DNA from: Amoeboradix gromovi X-113
Lineage: Eukaryota > Fungi > Sanchytriomycota
DNA: 27,236 bases
Assembly: GCA_018985225.1 (NCBI GenBank)
Contig: CM032194.1
Span: 1-27,236 of the forward strand
Direction: 5' to 3'
Numbering within the stretch: position 1 is the first letter of the stretch; each line of letters starts with the position of its first letter. The position numbers and the translations under genes were made by a program. The notes beneath the pieces were generated by a model. That model searched no databases. It was not told the DNA's origin and worked only from the letters and a program-made list of their open reading frames with translations. Positions 1 through 12,998 of this stretch are shown piece after piece.

Positions 1-99
1 AGATTTATTAAGTTTATTTAGGTTTAGAAACTAAAGAAAAGGAAAACTTAAGAAAAGAAGAGAAGAAATAACGAAGAAATACACTAATGAAGCCCATCC
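1..99. repeat. 99-bp terminal direct repeat (circular assembly overlap)
   Basis: 1-99 is identical to 27138-27236, including about 35 nt of unique sequence beyond the dispersed element; implies a circle of about 27,137 bp. Confidence 0.95.
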
Positions 100-143
100 A
101 AACAAAAAAACCACACGAAGTAGAGAAAAGGAAAAAAGGAAAA

Positions 144-196
144 TTTCTTAAGGTTCTTTAGGTATTAAACTAAAGAAGGAAAAAATCTTAAGAAAA
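144..196 (+). repeat. Dispersed nested-palindrome element, type A (representative copy)
   Basis: TTCTTAAG-G-TTCTTTAG-GTATTAAA-CTAAAGAA-GGAAAAAAT-CTTAAGAA; similar copies near 400, 5409, 5644, 7491, 9271, 12112, 12780, 15187, 16667, 20860, 21124, 21579, 21954, 25750. Confidence 0.95.
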
Positions 197-271
197 AGGA
201 AAAAAGAAAAAGGAGAAGGGAGGAAAATAAGAAAAAAAGTGGAGGAAAGAGTTGAAGGATGAGGATAAATA

Positions 272-344
272 AGTGAATTAGAGTAGTTGGTTAACTCGTT
301 AGACTCATAATCTAAAGCCACGGGTTCAAGTCCTGTATTCACTA
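272..344 (+). tRNA. trnM: tRNA-Met(CAU), initiator-like
   Basis: Acceptor AGTGAAT/ATTCACT; anticodon arm TTAGA-CTCATAA-TCTAA; D stem GAGT/ACTC with A11-U24 as in fMet tRNAs. Confidence 0.9.
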
Positions 345-527
345 AGAGAAAAACTCGAATAGAAATAGGAGAGATAAAAGGAAAGCCTATTATTCGAAAG
401 TTTCTTAAGGTTCTTTAGGTATAAAACTAAAGAAGGATAAAATCTTAAGAAAAGGAATGAGTTCCAATATAAAAGATAGTGGATTAAAAGACACGTCAAT
501 AAAGAGAAAAAAGGAAAAAGGAGAAAA

Positions 528-5190
<4,663 letters not shown>

Positions 5191-5233
5191 ATAAAGATTA
5201 AAAATTAAGATATATATACTTAGAACTAAAAAA

Positions 5234-5299
5234 GAACTCATAAAGGTTAATTAGTGCAATTATAAGTACTAATAGAGGTTCAAATTCCTCTTGAGTTCA
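5234..5299 (+). pseudogene. D-armless tRNA-like element (trnE-related; TAT in an 8-nt loop)
   Basis: Acceptor GAACTCA/TGAGTTC; T arm AGAGG-TTCAAATT-CCTCT; 8-bp stem with loop AATTATAA; no D stem. Confidence 0.5.
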
Positions 5300-5330
5300 A
5301 ATTCCTCTTGATTTCAAAAAAACATTATTT

Positions 5331-5401
5331 GTCATATTAGTATAATGGTAGTATGCTTGACTTCCAATCAGGTGGTATGTGTTCGATTCACATATATGAT
5401 A
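5331..5401 (+). tRNA. trnG: tRNA-Gly(UCC)
   Basis: Cloverleaf; CTTGA-CTTCCAA-TCAGG. Confidence 0.93.
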
Positions 5402-5480
5402 ATAGAAAATTCTTAAGGTTCTTTAGGTATTAAACTAAAGAAGGATAACTTAAGAAAAGAAGAGAAGAAAAAGGAAAAAG

Positions 5481-5555
5481 GCCTACTTAGCTCCAATTGG
5501 CTAGAGCTCCGATCTTGTAAATCGAGGGTTATCAGTTCGAATCTGGTAGTAGGCA
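5481..5555 (+). tRNA. trnT: tRNA-Thr(UGU)
   Basis: Acceptor GCCTACT/AGTAGGC; loop CTTGTAA. Confidence 0.93.
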
Positions 5556-5556
5556 A

Positions 5557-5631
5557 AGAGTTGGTAGCATAATAGGTAATGCAGTTAATTGCAGATTAAC
5601 GTGATGTTGGTTCGAAACCCATCCAACTCTA
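5557..5631 (+). tRNA. trnC: tRNA-Cys(GCA)
   Basis: Acceptor AGAGTTG/CAACTCT; GTTAA-TTGCAGA-TTAAC. Confidence 0.92.
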
Positions 5632-5810
5632 TATTATATCTTCTTTATTAAGGTTCTTTAGGTATTAAACTAAAGAAGGTATAATTCTTAAGAAGAAGTA
5701 AATATAATATTAAAAATAAATTATAAAAAATAGATCTTAAGATTTATTAAGTATCTTTAGGTTTAGAAACTAAAGAAAAGGAAAACTTAAGAAAAGAAAA
5801 GAAAGAAGAG

Positions 5811-5884
5811 GAGGATATAGCTCAATTAGGTGGAGCAGTCGACTTTTAATTGACATGTTGTGGGTTCGAGTCCCATTATCCTCT
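5811..5884 (+). tRNA. trnK: tRNA-Lys(UUU)
   Basis: Acceptor GAGGATA/TATCCTC; GTCGA-CTTTTAA-TTGAC. Confidence 0.94.
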
Positions 5885-5924
5885 AAGAAAAAAGATAAGT
5901 AAAATAAATAGAAGAAGAAGAAAA

Positions 5925-7247
5925 ATGATATTATTGATGATGTTATGAGCAGTGATACTAGGTGCTGAAGGGACAATAGGAAGAGCAAGAGTAGCACAAG
6001 GAAAAGGAGCAATATGAGTAAAAAGAGTAATGATAACAAGTTTAATATGAGCTAGTATAATAAGTTTGAATAGTATAGTAAGTCTATGGGTATGAGAACA
6101 AGGAATAGAAGAAGGGAATCCACTATATAATGGGTACTTTCAGTGAACACAAATAGGAGGAATACTAGAAGTATTTACGTATATAATAGGAATAGTATTA
6201 ATAAGAAAGGAATGGGGAATAGAAAAAGTATTGTCACTGTGAGGAATAGTAATATTGTTATATGCGAATGACTATATATCATTTTATGTAGCATTAGAAT
6301 GTCAAAGTTTAGTATTATATATATTAGCTTCAAGAGATTCAGTAAGTTCAGGTTTAAAATATTTTGTAATAGGTAGTTTATCTTCAGCTATAATATTATT
6401 AGGTATAGCGATAATATATAGTCAAACAGGGGTAACAGATATAACAATGATAAATAATATAATATTGAGTAGTGAAATAGGATATGAAGAGATAATATGA
6501 GGAAGAAGATTAATAATCGTAGGTATATTGATAAAATTAGGGGTACCACCATTCCACTTATGAAACATAGATATAATGGATAGTTCAAAAACAGATATAA
6601 CAGCTTGATTTGGAACAATAAGTAAATTATCACTTTTATATATATTAAGAATTATAACACCTTCTTATGGTGAAGAATATAATTTAGGATTTTTCATAAT
6701 AATAAGTCTATTAGTAGGGACATTTATGGGGTTAATACAAAATAAGATAAAAAGATTATTAGCATATAGTGGTACTATACATCTTGGGTTTATTTTACTA
6801 GGTCTACATGGTTTTACATCAGCAGAAGGATTACAAATAGAAACGGGATATATAAGTTGAATATTCTATATAGCACAATATTTTATGGCTTTAATAGTAG
6901 TATTGATAATAATACAACAAGTAAACGCAATATATATACAGGATCTAAAAATAAATAATTTTAGTACGGCAATTTTAATCATAAATCTACTTTCTTTAGC
7001 AGGATTCCCACCTTTATTAGGTTTCGTAGGAAAATTTATTATATTAAAAGGAGTGATAGGGCAAGCTTTTTTAATATGTTTAATTGCGATGATCATCTCA
7101 GTCTTTAGTTTCTTTATCTATTTTAATGTTATAGGCCTAATTCAAATCGATAAAACTCATTATATTACTAGTCTGTCCGATGCCTGACTTATAACGACAT
7201 GAACTCTCTTACCTCTTGTTCTTTTTTTCTCTTATTTAGCTAATTAG
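5925..7247 (+). CDS. nad2: NADH dehydrogenase subunit 2 (440 aa)
   Basis: ALECQSLVLYIL, GLKYFVIGSLSS, KLGVPPFHLW, KRLLAYS, LSLAGFPPLLGFVGK; open in code 4. Confidence 0.93.
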
Positions 7248-7261
7248 TCTGTCTTTTATTA

Positions 7262-7333
7262 GAGGGTATGGTCTAATGGTAAGACACAAGGTTGTCAACT
7301 TTGCCGATGTAGGTTCAACTCCTATTACCCTCG
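7262..7333 (+). tRNA. trnD: tRNA-Asp(GUC)
   Basis: Acceptor GAGGGTA/TACCCTC; loop TTGTCAA. Confidence 0.93.
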
Positions 7334-7363
7334 TATATTTACTCGGGAATATTTTACATCTTT

Positions 7364-7445
7364 GGAAAGGTCACATAGTGGTTAGTGTAGGCGTTTGCTA
7401 AACGTTGCCCAACAAGGCTCATGGGTTCAAATCCCATCCTTTCTA
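7364..7445 (+). tRNA. trnS: tRNA-Ser(GCU)
   Basis: GGCGT-TTGCTAA-ACGTT; long variable arm. Confidence 0.92.
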
Positions 7446-7631
7446 TAAATATATAAAGTTTCTTTAGGTATCAAAAAATTAATAATCTTCTTTATTAAGG
7501 TTCTTTAGGTATTAAACTAAAGAAGGTATAATTCTTAAGAAGAAGTAAATATAAGATTAAATATTAAATTAACTAAAGAAAAGGATAAAACGTAAACCCC
7601 TTCATTTTAATTAAGCTCTAGCATTATGTTA

Positions 7632-7673
7632 TAAGAAAGAGAAAGAAGAGAAAGAAGAGAAAGAAGAGAAAGG
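7632..7673. repeat. Purine tandem repeat (AAAGAAGAG)n at the convergence point of the two gene blocks
   Basis: About 4 copies of a 9-nt unit. Confidence 0.75.
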
Positions 7674-7677
7674 AAAA

Positions 7678-7749
7678 TGCAGATAAAGGGAATTGAACCC
7701 TTGTCTTAGTGACCACAACACCACGAATTGACCACTATTCGATATCTGC
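7678..7749 (-). tRNA. trnH: tRNA-His(GUG)
   Basis: Acceptor GCAGATA/TATCTGC; TGGTG-TTGTGGT-CACTA. Confidence 0.93.
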
Positions 7750-7754
7750 GGGGA

Positions 7755-7829
7755 TACCCATTATAGGAGTTGAACCTATATCAGATGACTTAGAAGGTCA
7801 TTGCTCTAATCCAGTTAAGCTAAATAGGC
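7755..7829 (-). tRNA. trnR: tRNA-Arg(UCU)
   Basis: ATGAC-CTTCTAA-GTCAT. Confidence 0.93.
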
Positions 7830-7858
7830 AAAAGGGAAGTAAAAGGGGAAGGAGAGAA

Positions 7859-8197
7859 CTATTTAAGGGGAGTAGGAGTAGATAAGGATTGGAGTTCATA
7901 AATTAAACCGACAGTAAGAATGACTAAAAGTAAAATAAAAGCTCAATAACCAAATCAACCTAAAGTGAAAAAGACACTAGCATAAGGAAAGACTAAAATA
8001 ACTTCAAGGTCAAAAATTAAAAATAATAAGGCGATAACGTAGAAACTTATATCAAATCTCTGTCTTGCATCACCGATCTCTAAGATACCACATTCGAAAG
8101 GAGAAAGTTTTTCAGTGTCACTTTGATAGATGGCACTGATAATACGATTCAAACCAACTAAAACGAAAACGAGGGCGATACTAATAATATAATACAT
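7859..8197 (-). CDS. nad3: NADH dehydrogenase subunit 3 (112 aa)
   Basis: EKLSPFECG, FYVIALLFLIFDLEV, GLIYE; stop TAG. Confidence 0.95.
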
Positions 8198-8293
8198 TGT
8201 CTTATTTTATTTATTTATTTAATATTTCTTAAGTATCTTTAGGTTTAGAAACTAAAGAAAAGGAAAACTTAAGAAAAAGAAAGAGAAAAAAGA

Positions 8294-8364
8294 TAAGGAA
8301 TCTGGGGGTCGAACCCAAGTCTTTGTTATCAAAAAACAATATTTTACCACTAAATTAATTCCTT
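8294..8364 (-). tRNA. trnQ: tRNA-Gln(UUG)
   Basis: Acceptor AAGGAAT/ATTCCTT; TTGTT-TTTTGAT-AACAA. Confidence 0.9.
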
Positions 8365-8369
8365 AAAAA

Positions 8370-8441
8370 TACCCTAATCATGAATCGAACATGAATAACA
8401 TCAATTAACAGTTGAGCGCTCTACCATTGAGCTATTAAGGC
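8370..8441 (-). tRNA. trnN: tRNA-Asn(GUU)
   Basis: Loop CTGTTAA; canonical D and T arms. Confidence 0.92.
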
Positions 8442-8451
8442 AAGAAAGAAA

Positions 8452-9243
8452 TTATTGAGAACCTCATCAATAAACGATACTGAAGACAAACAAGAAAATA
8501 AGGTCGACAATATGTCAATATCAAATAGCAGCTTCTAAACCTAAATGGTGAGATTTAGAAAAATGAGATAATCTAAATGCACCAACTGCTAAAAAAGAAG
8601 CACCAATAAGAACATGTAGACCATGACAAGTAGTAATAATAAAGAAGGCGCTACCATAGACAGAATCAGCCATAGTATAAGGAGCTAATTGGAATTCAAC
8701 ATATTGAAGAGCTAAGAAGAAAAAACCAAGTAGGACAGTAATAATAAGGCCTAATCTAGCTTCTTTTTCTTCACCAGAGATTAATTTTTCATGAGCTCAA
8801 GTAAGAACGGCACCAGAGGATAATAAAACAACGATATTTAAAAGAGGTACGCCTCAAGGGTCAATAACGGAAATACCGACAGGAGGTCAAGAAGAACCTA
8901 ATTCAATATTAGGGGATAGACTACTATGTAAGTAAGCTCAAAAGAAAGAAGCAAATAAACAACATTCACTTACAAAGAATAATATAACACCTAATTTTAA
9001 ACCACTTTTAACTTTAACAGTGTGTAACCCTTGATAAGTACCTTCAACAACTACATCTTTTCATCATAAAGTAGCGGATAAAAGTAATAAGATAAGACCA
9101 GTTGATAAGATTAATCAACTATGCTGGACACTATTAAATTTCATTATTAGACCTGCTGCAAATACAAAAGCTGAGAAAGCTGAAGAGATAGGTCATGGTG
9201 ATGCTTCAACGATATGATAAGGATGTTTAATAGGGTAGTTCAT
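8452..9243 (-). CDS. cox3: Cytochrome c oxidase subunit 3 (263 aa)
   Basis: MNYPIKHPYHIVEASPWP..., HGLHV, HLGLEAAIWYWHIVD, YWWGSQ*. Confidence 0.96.
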
Positions 9244-9348
9244 ATTATTAATTATTTTATTTATTTAATATTTATTAAGGTTCTTTAGGTATTAAACTAA
9301 AGAAGGATAACTTAAGAAAAGAAAGAATAAATTGATTTTTAAGAAAAA

Positions 9349-9419
9349 CAAGAGTGCCGGGATTTGAACTCGAATTTCTCCGTTTGAAGCGGAGTATTCT
9401 ACCATTGAATTACACTCTC
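9349..9419 (-). tRNA. trnW: tRNA-Trp(UCA)
   Basis: CTCCG-CTTCAAA-CGGAG; consistent with TGA=Trp. Confidence 0.93.
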
Positions 9420-9503
9420 AAAGCACCAATTAAAGCACTAATTAAAGCACCAATTAAAGTACCAATTAAAGTACCAATTAAAGTACTAATTAAAGTACCA
9501 ATT
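9420..9503. repeat. Minisatellite, 7 x 12 bp AAAGYACYAATT
   Basis: Seven tandem units with two variable positions, between trnW and trnV. Confidence 0.95.
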
Positions 9504-9516
9504 AGAATAATTTAGA

Positions 9517-9588
9517 TAAGCAATACCAGACTTGAACTGATAACCCACGCTTTGTAGGAGCGGCGCTCTACCATTGAGCTAATTGCCT
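9517..9588 (-). tRNA. trnV: tRNA-Val(UAC)
   Basis: Acceptor AGGCAAT/ATTGCTT; loop CCTACAA (C33). Confidence 0.9.
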
Positions 9589-9597
9589 AGAAAAGGA

Positions 9598-9672
9598 TAT
9601 CCACCATGGGACTTGAACCCATAAAAATACACGTTTTTAAGACGTGCGCGTATACCATTCCGCCAGGTGGAC
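9598..9672 (-). tRNA. trnL: tRNA-Leu(UAA), short variable region
   Basis: CACGT-CTTAAAA-ACGTG. Confidence 0.92.
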
Positions 9673-9746
9673 AAAGAGAAAAGGAAGATTTATTAAGTTT
9701 CTTTAGGTTTCTTAACTAAAGAAAAGGATTTTATACTTAAGAGGAA

Positions 9747-9818
9747 TAAACTCAAGGAGAATTGAACTCCTGCCCAACGCATGAAAAGCGATTGTACTAA
9801 CCATTATACTATGAGTTC
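9747..9818 (-). tRNA. trnE: tRNA-Glu(UUC)
   Basis: Acceptor GAACTCA/TGAGTTT; loop TTTTCAT. Confidence 0.92.
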
Positions 9819-9828
9819 GAGAAAACAA

Positions 9829-10533
9829 TTAACTAACATCTTTTAAATAGCTAGCAGTTAATACGACGAAGACATATGCTTGTAGAAAAGCGATAACGAC
9901 CTCTAAACCAATGAAGACGGAGATAAAGAGAATAGGGATAAATTTAAAGATAAAGAGAGTATTAGTCAACATAAATTTGTATGTAAAGTTACCAAGTATA
10001 TGTAACAAAGCATGACCACTTAAAACATTAGCAAATAATCTTATACCTAAGCTAAAAGCTCTTGCGATATAAGAAACTAATTCGATAATAGAAAGAAGGG
10101 GGATTAATCAGGTTGGTGTACCAGCAGGTAAGAAAAGAGCAAAGAATTTAGAATGATAATTTCTAAGACCAATAATAGTAACACCGACCATAATAGGGAA
10201 AGAGAAACCAACAGTAACAATTAAATGAGAAGTAGGAGTAAAAGAATAAGGAACCATACCAAGAATATTACTAATTAAAATGAAAATAAAGAGGCTAAAT
10301 AAAAAAGGGAAATAGGATTGTTTACCTAATTGTTCTCTTACAGCTTCTAAGATAGTAGATAAGAGAGATTCTTTAACAATATTAGATCTACCGATGATAA
10401 TTTGTTCTTCGGCATTATATCTAACAAAGAAGATTAAGAAGATGAGATTAAGGATTAAGAAAAGAGATAAATTTGTAATAAATGAAAAAACAGTAAAGAC
10501 TTCGAATTGTTCTAAAGGGTTATATATTAACAT
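9829..10533 (-). CDS. atp6: ATP synthase subunit a (234 aa)
   Basis: NPLEQF, NILGMVPYSFTPTSH, IELVSYIARAFSLGIRLFANVLSGH, AFLQAYVF. Confidence 0.96.
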
Positions 10534-10603
10534 AATTATAATTAAATTCTTACTTAATTTTTAGTCAGAAAATAAAGAAATTAACGAATAAATAAATAAT
10601 ACT
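10534..10603. promoter_or_regulatory. Divergent atp6/nad4 intergenic region (candidate bidirectional promoter)
   Basis: The only divergent strand switch in the genome; 70 bp, AT-rich and free of the dispersed element; function inferred only. Confidence 0.4.
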
Positions 10604-12109
10604 ATGTTGTTAACATTAATTTTAATACCATTAATAGGTAGTTTGGCTACGCTTATAATAACACCGTTAGAAGAGAAGGGAAAAGAAAAGGGAAGAGGAA
10701 AAGAAGTAGCATTGATAACAAGTATAGGGACATTTATATACTCATTATGAATATGATTACTATTTGATAATAATGTGTATGCATTTCAATTTGGGGAGAT
10801 AAATAATGAGTGGGGAATAGAGGTAGGAATAGATGGAATATCATTATATTTGATATTATTAACAACATTATTAACAGTACTAATAATAATGAATGGACCA
10901 TTTGATACATATTTTCTATTTTGATTATTAATATCGGAAAGTATATTAATAGGGGTATTTAGTATACTAGATATACTATATTTTTATATATTATTTGAAA
11001 TGGTATTAATACCATTATATTTTATAATAAGAAGATCGATAGAGATATATCCATATAGGAAGAATAAGATACAAAGAGCAATATATAAATTATTAGGATA
11101 TACACTGATGGGATCATTTGTAATGTTATTAGGGATGATATTATTATATATACAAACAGGAAATACGAATTATACATATTTATTAAGTATAGCTGAAATA
11201 GTAGATAGTACAGATCCATTATTTATGAATTCGCCGATAAAAATAATATGAATATGTTTCTTTGTTGCTTTTGCTGTGAAAGTACCAGTAATGCCTTTTC
11301 ATGTATGATTACCAGAAGCGCATAGTGAAGCACCAACAGGAGGATCAATGTTATTAGCAGGGGTGTTATTGAAATTAGGGACATATGGAATGATAAGATA
11401 TTTAATACCATTATTTCCAAATACGACAATGTACTTTAAACCATTTGTAGAAGTATTATTAGTAGTAAGTATTATATATAGTTCTTTAACGATATTAAGA
11501 CAAGTAGAGATAAAGAAATTCATAGCTTATTCATCGATATCGCATATGAATCTTTGTTTATTAGGTTTATTTTCAGGTGAATATGACTCTTTAGCGGGAG
11601 CTTATTTAATAATGATAAATCATGGTTTAATATCAGCAGGACTATTCTATTGTGCAGGTATATTATTTAACAGATATTCATTAAGAGCTATAAAATATTA
11701 TAGGGGGTTAATAATAACGATGCCAGTATTTAGTATAATTTTCTTTATATTGAATTTAGCGAATATAGGATTCCCACCATTTGCTAGTTTTGTATCAGAA
11801 GTATTAATATTTATCGGATTATTTAAACATTCGTTAAGTGTCTCATTTATAGCTAGTATATCTATAATATTAGGTGGAGCGTATGGTATATGATTTATAA
11901 CAAGAATAATATATGGTAAAGCAAAAGCAAATAATATACAATTAAACAAAGAGGAAACAAAAGAAGGAAAGATAATAATATTATCAAATGATGTAACAAA
12001 AAAAGAATTTCTTATATTATTTATACTTATAACTCTTTCGCTGATATTAGGTTTATTCCCGAGTATTATATTAGATGGTATAACTTTTCCTATTAGTAAT
12101 ATTTTGTAA
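10604..12109 (+). CDS. nad4: NADH dehydrogenase subunit 4 (501 aa)
   Basis: [52 protein letters not shown]. Confidence 0.96.
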
Positions 12110-12184
12110 TATTTCTTAAGGTTCTTTAGGTATAAAACTAAAGAAGGAAAAAAACTTAAGAAAAAGAAAGAGGTAAAAAGAGAG

Positions 12185-12267
12185 GGGGTTGTGGCTGAAT
12201 GATTTAGGCGATCCACTGTAAATGGATAGACTCGCGTCTAATGTAGGTTTGATTCCTGCCAACCTCA
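12185..12267 (+). tRNA. trnY: tRNA-Tyr(GUA)
   Basis: ATCCA-CTGTAAA-TGGAT; long variable arm. Confidence 0.93.
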
Positions 12268-12287
12268 AGAATAATAATTATAAATAA

Positions 12288-12359
12288 GAGACCATAGCAT
12301 AAAGGTAATGCTCCCCACTCATAATGGGAAAGATACAGGTTCGAATCCTATTGGTCTTA
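12288..12359 (+). tRNA. tRNA with CAU anticodon: Ile(CAU, modified C34) or elongator Met
   Basis: Acceptor GAGACCA/TGGTCTT; CCCCA-CTCATAA-TGGGA; non-initiator D stem; identity cannot be decided from sequence alone. Confidence 0.85.
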
Positions 12360-12529
12360 GAAAGGTTCTTAAGAAAAGAAAGGAGGGAGAGATAGGAGTT
12401 CTTTAGGTTTATTTCTAAAGAAGAGGAGGGAAATGCACATTGGTGCTACAAGATGGTATAACAGTACTGATTTGACAGGATCAACCAAAAGAGAAATTGT
12501 GAAGGAAGGTTAGAAAGGAAGAACGGTAA

Positions 12530-12769
<240 letters not shown>

Positions 12770-12836
12770 AGAAATAAAAATTCTTAAGGTTCTTTAGGTA
12801 TAAAACTAAAGAAGGATAAAAACGTAAGAAAAAAGG

Positions 12837-12907
12837 GGACTCATTGAGAAGGTCAGTAGACTTGATAGAAAAATCAGGAATAATAGGTTCGATACCTATG
12901 GAGTTCA
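12837..12907 (+). pseudogene. Degenerate tRNA-like element
   Basis: Acceptor GGACTCA/GGAGTTC; T arm ATAGG-TTCGATA-CCTAT; stem CTTGA/TCAGG with an 8-nt loop TAGAAAAA lacking U33. Confidence 0.55.
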
Positions 12908-12958
12908 AAAAGAGAGGAAAAGAGAGGAAAAGAGAGGAAAAGAGAAGAAAAAGAGAGG
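12908..12958. repeat. Purine tandem repeat (AAAGAGAGGA)n
   Basis: About 5 imperfect 10-nt units. Confidence 0.75.
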
Positions 12959-12998
12959 GTTTCTTAAGAAGGAAAAAATCTTAAGAAAAAGGGGGGGG

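Noticed and set aside
144-452. CRISPR-like array from recurring palindromic repeats
   Set aside because: Copies are dispersed with irregular spacing, the 'spacers' are genes and tRNAs, there are no cas genes, and the context is organellar.
7605-7635. Possible rnpB P4 half on the minus strand (AACATAA...GCTTA), plus AGGAAAGCC near 379
   Set aside because: Spacing does not fit the consensus and the two halves are on different strands and far apart. An Infernal RNase P search would be needed.
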